A stretch of DNA of 64,000 nucleotides from Brevundimonas sp. (GCF_965279155.1 NZ_OZ257138.1:313210-377209); one strand, 5' to 3'; shown: positions 1 through 12,112, numbered from the stretch's first letter. Notes: generated by a model from the letters alone, not told the origin. A program made the numbers and translations.

Positions 1-307
1 GGCTAAACAGGCCGGACCCGTGGCGATCTGGTGGGGACGCAAGTCTCCCGGTCCAGGCCAGATGGCGGCCCTATGCCGCGCGGCGCCCGTCATCAGCGTG
101 CGCGCGGTCCTCACATCGATACCAAGCGCTTGTCAGGATCGCCTGGTGCTCGACGGCGTCGATTTCGCCAGAGGCGGCGCGGTCGAGTTATGGCGTGTCC
201 GTCCGTCTGAAACGGATCGATGGCGCGCCGTCTGGACGGCCGACGTGCGGGGCGACCGCCCCTGGGCACGCCAGCCGAACCCGGACGTTAGTGATAGCGG
301 CGCATGA
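1..307 (+). CDS. 3' end of probable ComEC/Rec2 competence protein (partial, runs off window)
   Basis: Open frame from window start ending ...[18 protein letters not shown]...[11 protein letters not shown]; convergent with lexA, an arrangement typical of alphaproteobacterial comEC-lexA. Confidence 0.55.
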   Translation, partial: AKQAGPVAIWWGRKSPGPGQMAALCRAAPVISVRAVLTSIPSACQDRLVLDGVDFARGGAVELWRVRPSETDRWRAVWTADVRGDRPWARQPNPDVSDSGA

Positions 308-983
308 GGCCGACCAGCTTGCCCTGAACGGCGACCTGGTCCGACCCGTAGATCTTGGTTTCGTAGTTGCGGTTGGCGGGCTCCAGCGCGATGGAGGCGC
401 CCTTCTTGCGAAGCCGCTTCAGCGTCGCGTGTTCGCCTTCGACCAGCGCCACGACGATCTCGCCCGAGGAGGCGTTGTCGGTCGATTTGATGACCACCAT
501 GTCGCCGTTCAGAATGCCCGCCTCAATCATCGAATCGCCTTCGATCTCAAGCAGGTAGTGTTCGCCCAAGCCCAGCATGGATTCGGGAACCGGATAGCGC
601 GCCGTCTCGTGCTCTATGGCGTCGATCGGCGTGCCGGCGGCGATCTTGCCCATCAGCGGCAGTTCTCGGGTGTCGTTTGCCGCAAGCGGCGCCAGGGCGC
701 GGCCGCCGCCGCCTTCGATGACGTCAGGCTTGAACCCGGCCCGGCCGCGCGGTGCGCCGGCGGTGGCCTGTTCGGGCAGTTTGGTGACTTCCAGGGCGCG
801 GGCGCGGTGGGCGAGGCGGCGGATGAAGCCGCGCTCCTCCAGCGCCGTGATCAGCCGGTGAATGCCCGACTTGGACGCCAGGTCCAGCGCCTCCTTCATC
901 TCGTCGAACGACGGGGAGACGCCCGTCTCCTGGATTCGTTCGTGGATGAACATCAGCAGTTCGTGCTGCTTGCGCGTGAGCAT
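288..983 (-). CDS. lexA: SOS transcriptional repressor LexA
   Basis: [10 protein letters not shown] wHTH N-terminus, cleavage site region IAAGTP, S24 protease motifs GDSM and TLKRL. Confidence 0.97.
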   Translation of the reverse strand: MLTRKQHELLMFIHERIQETGVSPSFDEMKEALDLASKSGIHRLITALEERGFIRRLAHRARALEVTKLPEQATAGAPRGRAGFKPDVIEGGGGRALAPLAANDTRELPLMGKIAAGTPIDAIEHETARYPVPESMLGLGEHYLLEIEGDSMIEAGILNGDMVVIKSTDNASSGEIVVALVEGEHATLKRLRKKGASIALEPANRNYETKIYGSDQVAVQGKLVGLMRRYH

Positions 984-1015
984 CGCCAGGCCCTCATGCG
1001 CCCGCCGACGAATCG

Positions 1016-1055
1016 GAACGGGCCGTGAACATTTGTCGATGTTCTGTAAGTGTTC
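1016..1055. promoter_or_regulatory. Two alphaproteobacterial SOS boxes upstream of lexA
   Basis: GAAC-gggccgt-GAAC (1016-1030) and GTTC-tgtaagt-GTTC (1041-1055) both match the GTTC-N7-GTTC consensus. Confidence 0.88.
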
Positions 1056-1112
1056 CTTCCTAATGTCAACTTAACAGCGCCCATGGGACGCCGCGTGACT
1101 CAAGGAATGCGA

Positions 1113-1907
1113 TCAGGCCGCCAGCAGTTGCCGCGTCGCCGCCTCGACATCAGCCTGACGCATCAGGCTCTCTCCGACCAGAATGGCCTGGGCGTGGGCG
1201 GCCGAGACGCGCTCGACGTCCTCAGGCGTGAAGATGCCGCTTTCGGCGACCAGCAGGGCGCGGACGGGGCTGAGCATCGACAGGCGCTCGGTGACCTCCA
1301 GATCGACCTCGAAGGTACGCAGCGAACGATTGTTGACCCCGACCAGGTCGCCACCGAGCGCACAGGCGCGGGCCATTTCGGCCTCGTCATGGGTTTCGAT
1401 CAGGGCGTCCATGCCGAAGCGCTCGGCCTCGGACAGCAGCTCGGCAGCCAGCCGGTCATCGACCATGGCCAGGATGATCAGGATGCAGTCGGCGCCCAGG
1501 GCGCGGCTCTCGGCGACCTGCCAGGGATCGACTAGAAAATCCTTGCGCAAGCAGGGTAGGGCGACCGCATCTCTGGCCTGGCCCAGGTAGGCGTCGTCGC
1601 CCTGGAAGCTGGGACCGTCGGTCAAGACCGACAGGCATGCCGCGCCGCCAGCTTCGTAGGCGCGGGCCAGGGCCGGCGGATCGAAGTCGGGACGGATCAG
1701 CCCCTTGGACGGACTGGCCTTCTTGATCTCGGCGATCAGGGCTGGACGGCCGGTCTCTTCTTCCACGCGCTCAAGGGCGGCGCGGAAACCACGCGGAGCC
1801 GAAGCGGTGCGGGCCAGCGCCTCGATCGCGTCCTGCGAGGTCGCGGCCATGCGGGCGGCGACGTCTTCGCGCTTGTAGGTGGCGATACGGTCCAGAACGT
1901 CGGTCAT
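1113..1907 (-). CDS. trpC: Indole-3-glycerol phosphate synthase
   Basis: [14 protein letters not shown]..., [34 protein letters not shown]. Confidence 0.96.
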   Translation of the reverse strand: MTDVLDRIATYKREDVAARMAATSQDAIEALARTASAPRGFRAALERVEEETGRPALIAEIKKASPSKGLIRPDFDPPALARAYEAGGAACLSVLTDGPSFQGDDAYLGQARDAVALPCLRKDFLVDPWQVAESRALGADCILIILAMVDDRLAAELLSEAERFGMDALIETHDEAEMARACALGGDLVGVNNRSLRTFEVDLEVTERLSMLSPVRALLVAESGIFTPEDVERVSAAHAQAILVGESLMRQADVEAATRQLLAA

Positions 1908-2941
1908 GCGGGGTCTTCGCTTTCCAGCGGCGTGGAGGTGATACGGGCCAGACGCTCCAGCGCCTGGGCGGCCCAGCCATCGTCGATGGCGGCGGCGGCG
2001 AGGACAGCGCCTTGGGCAAGGTCGGCCGCCCGATCCGATACCACGAGGGCGGCGGCGGCGTTCAGCAGCACGATGTCGCGGTAGGGACCGGCGGCTCCCG
2101 CAAGCAGCGCGCGCAGGGCGACGGCGTTCTCCTCGGCGTCGCCGCCACGGATGTCTTCGATGGAGGCGCGGGGCAGGCCCGCGTCCTCGGGCGTGACCTG
2201 GAAACGACGAACTGCGCCGTCCTTCCATTCCGCAACTTCGGTCGATCCAGAGGTCGCCAGTTCGTCCAGGCCCTGTCCGTGCACGGTCCAAGCTCGCGTC
2301 GCGCCAAGGCGGCCCAGCACCTCGGCCAGGGGCTCCAGCAGGCGGGGGTCATAGACGCCCATGACCTGGCGTTTCGCAGAAGCCGGGTTTGAAAGCGGCC
2401 CCAGCAGGTTGAAGACGGTGCGGAAACCGATCTCGGCCCGCACCGGCCCGACATGACGCATGGCCCCGTGATAGGCAGGGGCGAACAGGAAGCAGATGCC
2501 GGCCTCGTCCAGCGCCTTCCTCTGCTGAGCCTGATCCGCCATCAGGTTCACGCCCAGGATCGACAGAACGTCGGAAGACCCTGATTTCGAAGACATCGCC
2601 CGGTTGCCGTGCTTGGCGACCTTCAGGCCCGCGCCGGCCAGAACGAGGGCGGCGGCCGTGGAAATGTTGTAGGTGTGCTGGCCGTCGCCGCCGGTGCCGC
2701 AGGTGTCGATCACCTCGTAGGGATGATCCAGCGTCAGCGCCGCCTCACGCATGGCGCCGGCGAAGGCGGCGATTTCGTCCACCGTCTCGCCGCGCATTCG
2801 CATGGCGGTGACGGCGGCGGCGACTTGCGACGGGGTCGGTTCGCCACGCAGGCAGGCGGCGAAGAAGTCATGCGCCTGTTGCGATGTCAGCGGATGGCCC
2901 TCGACCAGTCGGGCGAGGATCGGCTTGAATCCGTCCCCCAC
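1904..2941 (-). CDS. trpD: Anthranilate phosphoribosyltransferase
   Basis: [29 protein letters not shown] motifs. Confidence 0.96.
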   Translation of the reverse strand: MGDGFKPILARLVEGHPLTSQQAHDFFAACLRGEPTPSQVAAAVTAMRMRGETVDEIAAFAGAMREAALTLDHPYEVIDTCGTGGDGQHTYNISTAAALVLAGAGLKVAKHGNRAMSSKSGSSDVLSILGVNLMADQAQQRKALDEAGICFLFAPAYHGAMRHVGPVRAEIGFRTVFNLLGPLSNPASAKRQVMGVYDPRLLEPLAEVLGRLGATRAWTVHGQGLDELATSGSTEVAEWKDGAVRRFQVTPEDAGLPRASIEDIRGGDAEENAVALRALLAGAAGPYRDIVLLNAAAALVVSDRAADLAQGAVLAAAAIDDGWAAQALERLARITSTPLESEDPA

Positions 2942-2943
2942 CG

Positions 2944-3534
2944 TCAGGCGGCCGCGAGGCGCTTCACGCCGGCGATCTCAAGGAAGTTGGCCAGCATGTC
3001 GTGACCGTGTTCGGTGGCGATGGATTCCGGGTGGAACTGCACGCTGTGGATTGGCCGGCTGCGGTGCTGTAGGCCCATGATCTCGCCGTCGGCGGTCCAG
3101 GATGTGACCTCCAGACAGTCGGGCAGGGTCTCGCGCTTCACGGCCAGCGAATGATAGCGGGTGGCGGTGAAGGGCGACGGCAGGCCGGCGAAGACGCTTT
3201 TGCCTTCATGCAGGATCGGCGAGGTCTTGCCGTGCATCAGGGTCTTGGCGCGGATCACGTCGCCGCCGAAGGCCTGGCCGATCGCCTGATGGCCCAGGCA
3301 GACGCCAAGGATCGGCATCGAAGCCGGCGCGGTCGCGATCAACGGCAGGCAGATGCCGGCCTGGTCCGGCGCACAGGGGCCTGGCGACAGCAGGACGGCG
3401 GCGGGGTTCAGCGCCCACGCCTCGTCCACCGTCAGGTCGTCGTTGCGCACCACATGCGTCGGCGCGCCCAACTCCGCGAGGTAGTGGACGAGATTGTAGG
3501 TGAAGCTGTCGTAGTTATCGACGACGAGGATCAT
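2944..3534 (-). CDS. trpG: Anthranilate synthase component II (glutamine amidotransferase)
   Basis: [33 protein letters not shown]. Confidence 0.95.
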   Translation of the reverse strand: MILVVDNYDSFTYNLVHYLAELGAPTHVVRNDDLTVDEAWALNPAAVLLSPGPCAPDQAGICLPLIATAPASMPILGVCLGHQAIGQAFGGDVIRAKTLMHGKTSPILHEGKSVFAGLPSPFTATRYHSLAVKRETLPDCLEVTSWTADGEIMGLQHRSRPIHSVQFHPESIATEHGHDMLANFLEIAGVKRLAAA

Positions 3535-3622
3535 GGCTTGGCTTCTAGGCTTGACGGGCGTCCGCGCCAAGCGGGCGCGGCGGTAAAGCGCATTTTAACC
3601 CGACCCGGAGATAAATGCGGCT

Positions 3623-3826
3623 GTGAAACTCGCCGCTGAAAAAGATATCGCCGCCAAGATCGCCGCCGCGAAGGCGAAGCTGGTCGTGGTCGAGACCAGG
3701 CCCAGCCCCGTCGCCGCCCTCGGCGCTGCTGCATTCGCCGCGACGGCGGCCGTGCTGATGGCGGGCGTCGTCATCGTCGGCTCTGGCGTTCACTTCGACG
3801 ACCCGACGATGACCGTTACGCGCTAA
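3623..3826 (+). CDS. Small hypothetical membrane protein (67 aa)
   Basis: GTG start after GGAG-like RBS; Ala/Lys-rich N-terminus and one hydrophobic helix; fills the trpG-trpE gap on the opposite strand. Confidence 0.55.
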   Translation: MKLAAEKDIAAKIAAAKAKLVVVETRPSPVAALGAAAFAATAAVLMAGVVIVGSGVHFDDPTMTVTR

Positions 3827-5340
3827 CGATTGCCGGTGCGGAAATGCCAGGCGTCGTCGGCCGCCCGCATCGGCGCGCGCGCCTTGTGCTGGGTTTCGGC
3901 GTATTCGGCCGCAGGATCGCTGTCGGCCACCACGCCGGCGCCGGCTTGGACGAAAATCCGGTCGTCGGCGAACAGGGCGGTGCGCAGGGTGATGCAGATG
4001 TCCGCCTCGCCGCCGGCCGAGATATAGCCGACGCCGCCGCCGTAACCGACGCCACGCTTCTCGCTTTCCAACTCGTCGATGACCTCCATCGCCCGAACCT
4101 TCGGCGCGCCCGACAGGGTGCCGGCGGGCAGGGCCGCCAGCAGGGTGTCGACGGCGTCCAGCTTCGGATCGGCCTTGCCGCGCACGTTGGAGACGATGTG
4201 CATGACCTGGCTGTAGCGTTCGACGACGAAGCTCTCGGTCACCTCGACCGTGCCGGGTGCTGCGACCCTACCGACATCGTTCCGGCCCAGGTCCAGCAGC
4301 ATCAGATGCTCGGCCCGTTCCTTGGGATCGGCCAGCAGTTCGACTTCCAGCGCCTTGTCCGCCTCGGGCGTCGCGCCTCGCATGCGGGTGCCTGCAAGCG
4401 GGCGGATGGTGACCTCGCCGTCCTTCAGACGCACAAGAATCTCGGGGCTGGAACCGGCCAGCTGGAAGCCCTCGAAATTCAAATAGAACAGATAGGGCGA
4501 GGGGTTCTGGCGACGCAGGGACCGATAGAACGCGAACGGATCCTCGGTCCAGGGCGCCGAAAACCGATGGCTGAGCACGACCTGGAAGATGTCGCCCGCG
4601 CCGATGTAGTCCTTGGCCTTGGCGACCATTTCGCCGAACGCGGCTTCGTCCACGGCTGAGGTGAATGTCGGCGCCGACGTTTCCTGCGGCGCGGCGCGGA
4701 CGGGCAGGGGCTCGCGCAGTGCTGTCTCGAAGGCGTCCAGTCGCGCCACGGCGGCGTCGAAGGCCTCGCGTGGGGCGATGCCGGCATCGGGATAGGCGGC
4801 GGAGACCAGAACGATCTCGTGGCGCACCGAATCGAAGATGGCGACCAGCGACGGACGGGTCAGAACGGCGTCTGGCAGATCCAACGGATCGGGGTTAGGC
4901 GCCCCCAGCGGCTCCAGCAGGCGAACCATATCGTAGCCGAAGACACCGAACAGGCCGGCGGCCATGGGCGGCAGGCCATCGGGCAGGTCGAACTTCGATG
5001 CCGCGATCAGAGCGCGCAGCGATGGCAGCGTGGGCAGGGCTTCAGCCGTGAACCGGCCCTCGGCGATGGCTGGCCCGCGCGACAGTTCCGCCGCATTCGA
5101 ACGACAGCGCCAGACGACGTCCGGATCCAGCGTCAGGATCGAATACCGTCCCTTGACCGCACCCCCTTCGACCGATTCCAGCAGACAGGCGTAGGGGCGA
5201 TGGCGACCGAGTTTCAAATAGGCCGAGACCGGCGTTTCCAGGTCGTCGATGATCCGGCGCACCACCACCTGCGGCCGACCGGCGGAAAGGCCGGCGGCGA
5301 AGGCGTCGAAGTCGGCTTGTCCCGATAAAGCCTCGGTCAT
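3823..5340 (-). CDS. trpE: Anthranilate synthase component I
   Basis: LLESVEGG, IFQVVLS, NPSPY, GSSPE, RPLAGTR, KERAEHLML, GTLSGAPK; start MTEALS at 5340. Confidence 0.95.
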   Translation of the reverse strand: MTEALSGQADFDAFAAGLSAGRPQVVVRRIIDDLETPVSAYLKLGRHRPYACLLESVEGGAVKGRYSILTLDPDVVWRCRSNAAELSRGPAIAEGRFTAEALPTLPSLRALIAASKFDLPDGLPPMAAGLFGVFGYDMVRLLEPLGAPNPDPLDLPDAVLTRPSLVAIFDSVRHEIVLVSAAYPDAGIAPREAFDAAVARLDAFETALREPLPVRAAPQETSAPTFTSAVDEAAFGEMVAKAKDYIGAGDIFQVVLSHRFSAPWTEDPFAFYRSLRRQNPSPYLFYLNFEGFQLAGSSPEILVRLKDGEVTIRPLAGTRMRGATPEADKALEVELLADPKERAEHLMLLDLGRNDVGRVAAPGTVEVTESFVVERYSQVMHIVSNVRGKADPKLDAVDTLLAALPAGTLSGAPKVRAMEVIDELESEKRGVGYGGGVGYISAGGEADICITLRTALFADDRIFVQAGAGVVADSDPAAEYAETQHKARAPMRAADDAWHFRTGNR

Positions 5341-7244
5341 TGCGCCGGGGCGGCGGGCGTCGCGTCGGCCGAAAGTCCCAGGGCCGAACGGGCCTGAACC
5401 GGGTCGTTCTTGGCCTTGGAGCGCTGGGCGCCGGCGGCGAAGGACGTCTCGACCATGGCCTGGACCAGTTCCTGCGTCAGGCGCGGACGAACCTGTTCGG
5501 CCAGCGGCCCTGCCACGGCGGGACTGGCGGCAAGAACGTTGTCCACGCGACCAACGACATAGGCGGTCTGCGACGCCGGTTGCGAGAAGGCCTGGCCCTT
5601 GGACTGGCCGAACAGACCTTGCAGCACGCCCTGACCCAGAGCGTCCTGCGTCGCCTGGTTGCGGACGACGCCGGTGCGGACCGTCAGGGGCGCATTGACC
5701 GAGCGGGCGACGGCGGCGATGTCCTCGCCGTTGCGGACGCGGGTGGTCAGTTCTTCCGCCTTGGTCGAAAGACGACGCATCGTCTCGCGCTGGATCCATT
5801 GGGCCGTCAGGGGCTCGCGCACCTCGGCCAAGGTCGGCAGGGCCGACGGACGGATGTCGTTCACGCGCACGGCAAAATACTGGCCCTGGCCGGCGTCGAT
5901 CACGTCGCTTTCGCCGCCCTTGGTAAGACCCCAGGCCGTCTCGAAGATTTGCGGCGGGGCGTTCAGCGCCTGCGCGTTCGGCAGCTTGCCGTCGCGGGTG
6001 AAGGGCGGCAGATCGACCACGCGGCCGCCGGCTTCGCGGGCGGCGTCGGCCAGGTTCTTGCCGGCCGTGCGAGCGGCTTCGTATTTCTCGACCTTGGCGT
6101 AGGTCTGGGTCTTCACGTCTTCGGCGCGCAGTTCCTGGATCAGTTCTTCACGTGCGCTCTCCAGCGTCGCAGGCGCAGCGGGCTGGATGGCGGTGACCTT
6201 GGCCACCGCGAAGCCGACGCCGGCCTGGACCGGGTCGGAAACCTGGTTGGCTTGCAGGCCGAAGACGGCGCCGGCCGTCGCGGCGTCGCCGATGGCCGAG
6301 CGCGGCGTGGCGTCGAAGGTCGCGGGCGTGACGTTGTTGGCGCGGCCGGCGTCGGCCGGCGACTGGCCGGCGCGCAGGGCGGCGGCGATTTTCTGGGCCG
6401 TTTCGCGGTTCGGCGCCGTCAGAGTGACGAAGGTGCGGGTCTCGGGCTTGCCCAGAGTGTCCTTCTTGAACTCGAAACGCTCGCGGATGCGGTCATCCGT
6501 GATCGGCGTCGCGGCCGAGGCTTCAGGCGTGAACAGGACGACGGAGACCATGCGGAACTCCGGCGCACGCAGACGTTCGGCGTTTTCCTGGATGAAGGCG
6601 TTCAGCTGGGCGTCGGTGGGAGCAGGGACCTGGCCCGCCATAGCAGACGTGACCTCGAACCAACGACCGTCGCGGCTTTCGAAGGCCGAGCCGGCCAGCA
6701 GGGCGCCATAGATGCGCGGCACGCGGGCGCCGGCGAAGACGGCGGCGCCGAAATGTTCGGTGACGTATTGGTCGCGCAGGTCCTGTTCCAGCATGGCCGG
6801 TGTCAGGTTCTGTTGGGCCAGGGCGGCCTCATAGGCCTGCTGGTCGAACTGGCCGGTGACCGAGTTGAAGAAGGCCGGGATCTGGCGGATCTGCTTGACG
6901 ATCAGTTCCTTGCCGGGGCGGATGCCCGCCTTCCAAGCCCAGTTCAGGAAGCCCAGCTGCTGGGTCTGCTCGGTCAGGAACCGGGTATGGATGTTCTCCG
7001 CGACCAATTCCTCGTTGGTTAGAGGACGGCCGACCTGCTGTTGCAGGCGTTCACGCACCTGATCGAAGGCCGTGCGGAACTCCAGCTCGTTCATCGAACG
7101 GTCGCCCGCATCGATGACGTGCTTGGGACCCAGGTTCGAGAACACGTCCATCCGCGCGCCGACGATCACGAAGCTGATCGCGATCAGGACAAGTAGGGCG
7201 GCCGCCCATTTGGATCGAGAGAAGGCGCGGAAGGCGGTGAGCAT
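5337..7244 (-). CDS. ppiD: SurA-N/PpiD-type periplasmic folding chaperone
   Basis: N-terminal membrane anchor, SurA-like domain, rotamase-like region; typical tpiA-ppiD-trpE context. Confidence 0.8.
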   Translation of the reverse strand: MLTAFRAFSRSKWAAALLVLIAISFVIVGARMDVFSNLGPKHVIDAGDRSMNELEFRTAFDQVRERLQQQVGRPLTNEELVAENIHTRFLTEQTQQLGFLNWAWKAGIRPGKELIVKQIRQIPAFFNSVTGQFDQQAYEAALAQQNLTPAMLEQDLRDQYVTEHFGAAVFAGARVPRIYGALLAGSAFESRDGRWFEVTSAMAGQVPAPTDAQLNAFIQENAERLRAPEFRMVSVVLFTPEASAATPITDDRIRERFEFKKDTLGKPETRTFVTLTAPNRETAQKIAAALRAGQSPADAGRANNVTPATFDATPRSAIGDAATAGAVFGLQANQVSDPVQAGVGFAVAKVTAIQPAAPATLESAREELIQELRAEDVKTQTYAKVEKYEAARTAGKNLADAAREAGGRVVDLPPFTRDGKLPNAQALNAPPQIFETAWGLTKGGESDVIDAGQGQYFAVRVNDIRPSALPTLAEVREPLTAQWIQRETMRRLSTKAEELTTRVRNGEDIAAVARSVNAPLTVRTGVVRNQATQDALGQGVLQGLFGQSKGQAFSQPASQTAYVVGRVDNVLAASPAVAGPLAEQVRPRLTQELVQAMVETSFAAGAQRSKAKNDPVQARSALGLSADATPAAPAQ

Positions 7245-7395
7245 TCGAAAACCCGAGACTGGCCGAGATTGGGGCCGATGTTGGCGTCAGTGGTCGCGTA
7301 TAGTCGGGCCGGGCACGCTGCTGCAAGGACGGCTTCGTGTCGGATTGCGGCGCGGCCCCTTGGCTTCGCGGTTTTCGCCTTCTAGACAGGCGGCC

Positions 7396-8148
7396 ATGAA
7401 ACAATCCGTGAAGTTGATCGTCGGCAATTGGAAGATGAACGGCCTATCGGCCGCCCTGGCGCAGGCTGAATCGATAAGGGATGCCGTCAGCACAGCGGGG
7501 CAGGGCCCTAGGGTCGTCCTGTGCCCGCCCGCCACCCTGATCGACCGGATGCGTGCGGCGCTGGCGGGCAGCGGCGTCGCCGTGGGCGGTCAGGACTGCC
7601 ATGAGAAGCCGGTCGGCGCCTTCACTGGATCGGTGTCGGCGGAAATGCTTGCCGATGCGGGGGCGACCATCGTGATTCTGGGACATTCGGAGCGCCGCGC
7701 CGCCTTTGGCGAAACCGATGCGGATGTCGCAGCCAAGGTCGAGGCGGCGATCGCTGCGGGGCTGGAGCCCATCGTCTGCGTCGGTGAAACGCTGGAGCAA
7801 CGCGAGGCAGGCGACGCCATCGCCGTGGTTTCCGCCCATGTCGAGGGTTCATTGCCGATGGGCCTGTCCGAGCGCGACTTCGCCGTGGCCTATGAGCCGG
7901 TATGGGCCATCGGAACCGGCCTGACACCGACGCTGAAACAGATCGCCGAGGTCCATGCCGCCATCCGTGCGGCCATGATCAAGCGGTTGGGCGAGAGCGC
8001 GCGGACCGCGCCAATCCTGTACGGCGGTTCGGTGAAGCCCGAGAACGCCCGGGACATTCTGGCCACGTCGGAAGTCGGCGGCGCCCTAGTGGGCGGGGCG
8101 TCGCTGAAGGCCGAAGATTTCATGCCCATCGTCAAAGCGGCCGCCTGA
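7396..8148 (+). CDS. tpiA: Triosephosphate isomerase
   Basis: GNWKMNG, GAFTG, GHSERR, AYEPVWAIGTG, LYGGSV, LVGGASL. Confidence 0.97.
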   Translation: MKQSVKLIVGNWKMNGLSAALAQAESIRDAVSTAGQGPRVVLCPPATLIDRMRAALAGSGVAVGGQDCHEKPVGAFTGSVSAEMLADAGATIVILGHSERRAAFGETDADVAAKVEAAIAAGLEPIVCVGETLEQREAGDAIAVVSAHVEGSLPMGLSERDFAVAYEPVWAIGTGLTPTLKQIAEVHAAIRAAMIKRLGESARTAPILYGGSVKPENARDILATSEVGGALVGGASLKAEDFMPIVKAAA

Positions 8149-8212
8149 CGTTTGCTCCGGGCCGGCTTCGATGATAGAGGCCGCCGCTTGATCGGCGCAG
8201 ATCCGCGCCCAC

Positions 8213-8638
8213 ATGAATGACGCCATGCTCCAGACCATTCTGCTCGTCGCCATCATCATCATCGCCGTGTCCCTGACGGGCGTGGTGCTGCTTCAACGTT
8301 CCGAGGGCGGCGCCCTGGGCATGGGCGGCGGACCGTCGGGCTTCATGACGGCGCGCGGCGCAGGCAACCTTCTGACCAAGGTGACCTGGATCTTGGCCTT
8401 CCTGCTGTTCGGCCTGACCATCGTCCTGACCGTCGTCGGCAACATGGACCGCGCTTCGGTCTCGGTGATCGACGCCGACGCCGTCGGCTCGCTGGCCACC
8501 ACGCCGCAGACGCAGCAGCAGGCGCCCGCCCAGCAACAGCCCGCCGCTCCGGCCCAGCCTACGGCTCCGTCGCTGGACGATCTGGAAGCCAGCCTGCCGT
8601 CGGCGACGACGGCGCCGGCCCAGCAGCCCGCCCAGTAA
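8213..8638 (+). CDS. secG: Preprotein translocase subunit SecG
   Basis: VLLQRSEGGALGMGG, RGAGNLLTKVT; between tpiA and pyrG. Confidence 0.93.
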   Translation: MNDAMLQTILLVAIIIIAVSLTGVVLLQRSEGGALGMGGGPSGFMTARGAGNLLTKVTWILAFLLFGLTIVLTVVGNMDRASVSVIDADAVGSLATTPQTQQQAPAQQQPAAPAQPTAPSLDDLEASLPSATTAPAQQPAQ

Positions 8639-8664
8639 CGGTCAGACCAACGATCCGACTTCCC

Positions 8665-8697
8665 GAAAGCGCGCCGCAGGGCGCGCTTTCTTCTTTT
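8665..8697 (+). terminator. Intrinsic terminator after secG
   Basis: gaaagcgcgcc-gca-gggcgcgctttc stem followed by ttctttt. Confidence 0.75.
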
Positions 8698-8699
8698 GA

Positions 8700-10415
<1,716 letters not shown>

Positions 10416-10458
10416 GGGAACGCCGTTCACGGACTCGGGCAGGTCTGCGTTTTGCAGT

Positions 10459-10671
10459 ATGATGCACGGAACGGATCGATTTGACACGATCCGAGATGTG
10501 GCGGGACCGTCGATGATCGGCGAGTTGCTTTATCACCTGCACCGGCATGTTCGCCTGGTGCTGATCGCCGGCGGGCTGATGTTCGTCCTCGGCGTGATTT
10601 TGCTCGGCTATGAGGCCGTGCGGCATAGAGGCGAGCCGCCGGCCCGCCCGGCCGAAGCCGGGCAGGCCTGA
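10459..10671 (+). CDS. Small hypothetical membrane protein
   Basis: 70-aa ORF with one hydrophobic segment (LVLIAGGLMFVLGVILLGY) filling the gap after pyrG. Confidence 0.45.
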   Translation: MMHGTDRFDTIRDVAGPSMIGELLYHLHRHVRLVLIAGGLMFVLGVILLGYEAVRHRGEPPARPAEAGQA

Positions 10672-10675
10672 GCCG

Positions 10676-12040
10676 TCAGTCGATCTTCAGCCGCATGAAG
10701 ATCATCGCCCCGTCAGGATCGCCGCCATAAAGCGGCTCCAGCGCTGTCGGCACACGGTTCATTGCATAGAGACCGCCTAGACCGAACCGGACGTGTTCGG
10801 CGATCCGCCAGTCACGCACCACGCCAACCGACGCCTTGCCAACCGTGTAGAGCGGGCCGTGTCCGCCGCCGACGCCGGGAACCAATTCGTCCGTCTCGAT
10901 TCGTTCGGCGCGGGCGAAGACGGTCCAGCGATCGTTCGGGTGGACGGCGGATTCCAGCAGCCAGCCGTCTTTCGACTCGTCATGATCATTGGTCTTTCGA
11001 CCCCAGGCCAAGGTCGAGGACCACCAGCCGGTCTCGCCTAGCCGTCGGGTATGGATGGCGCTGGCCGACCATTTGGTCTCGTCCTCGTCCGGCTCCAGCT
11101 GTTCCGGTACGGAGACATCGGCGTAGGAGGCCTGGAGCGACCATTCGTCGGTGGGATTCCAAGCCGCCCGCACGGACCAGCTGTCCAGCCGTGGTGAATC
11201 GATGCCCCAACGTTCCTCGTCCGGTTCGCGTCCCTTGAAGGCCGAGGTCTCGATCTTGAACCGATCATGCGCCCAGCCCAGGGTCGTCACGCCGAAGATG
11301 ATATGGGTCGAGTCCAGCCAGTGGTGGGTGATCGGCGCCTCGGGACTGTCCATGGCGCTCATGCGGTGCATGAAGGCGGGGGGGCCAAAGGCGGGCTCGC
11401 CAGGCAGGCCGATGTAGCCATAGATGCTGTCCTTGTCCGACAGGCGCTTCGAATAGCTGGCCGACAGCTCCATGAAGAGGTCGTGCGGATGCTGGCGATC
11501 GACCAGCGGACTGACCCCGTCCGCCGTCTCGCCCGCCGCCAGAAGCAGCGGATAGCCGGACTTGCCCATCAGGGGATCGGGGCTGAGCATGGCGCGCAGG
11601 TTCAGCGTCGAACCGTCGTCGAAATCGCGCCGCGCCGAGGTCATCAGCATGCCGGCGACGAAGGTCTTGTCGCCGCCGCGTGGCCCGGACTGGGTGTCGT
11701 AGACCAGGTTCAGCATGGCATGGGTCATCACCATCCAGTCGCCCCTGACGGTATGGATGCCGCCATGTTCGCCGGCGTCGGGTTGCCAGCCGGTGCCCGA
11801 GGCGTCGCGGCTCATGGGCCATGGGCCATAGGGGCTGGTCATCGCATGACCCATGTTGGCGTGATCAACTGGCGTCGCATCTGACATCGGCATGGGCATG
11901 TCGTGGCCGGCGTGCGGGTCCGCCGACGGTGCGGTCGTGGTTGGTTGAGCGTGCTGGGAATGATCCTGCGCCGCCGCAGCCTGAGCCAGGGCGAGCAGGG
12001 ATACGCCGGCGCAGGCGCCGACGAGGATACGGATAGCCAT
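10676..12040 (-). CDS. Exported His/Met-rich protein, probable outer-membrane beta-barrel (metal-related, uncharacterised)
   Basis: Signal peptide ending AAAAQ; DHSQH/HAGHDMPMPM/HANMGHAM; HPHDLFMEL, HHWLDSTH; C-terminal alternating aromatic/hydrophobic strands; GGAGG RBS. Confidence 0.75.
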   Translation of the reverse strand: MAIRILVGACAGVSLLALAQAAAAQDHSQHAQPTTTAPSADPHAGHDMPMPMSDATPVDHANMGHAMTSPYGPWPMSRDASGTGWQPDAGEHGGIHTVRGDWMVMTHAMLNLVYDTQSGPRGGDKTFVAGMLMTSARRDFDDGSTLNLRAMLSPDPLMGKSGYPLLLAAGETADGVSPLVDRQHPHDLFMELSASYSKRLSDKDSIYGYIGLPGEPAFGPPAFMHRMSAMDSPEAPITHHWLDSTHIIFGVTTLGWAHDRFKIETSAFKGREPDEERWGIDSPRLDSWSVRAAWNPTDEWSLQASYADVSVPEQLEPDEDETKWSASAIHTRRLGETGWWSSTLAWGRKTNDHDESKDGWLLESAVHPNDRWTVFARAERIETDELVPGVGGGHGPLYTVGKASVGVVRDWRIAEHVRFGLGGLYAMNRVPTALEPLYGGDPDGAMIFMRLKID

Positions 12041-12046
12041 TCAAGG

Positions 12047-12112
12047 CCTCCTCTAATGATCGTGACAGATTTCGCCTGCGAGAGGCGCGAGCGGTGTCAG
12101 ACGATCAGGAGG
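12047..12112 (-). promoter_or_regulatory. Predicted mRNA hairpin sequestering the downstream Shine-Dalgarno
   Basis: On the - strand CCTCC-TGATCGT (codons R-L-L-I-V of the leader ORF) is complementary to ACGATCA-ttaga-GGAGG before the next ATG. Confidence 0.7.
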
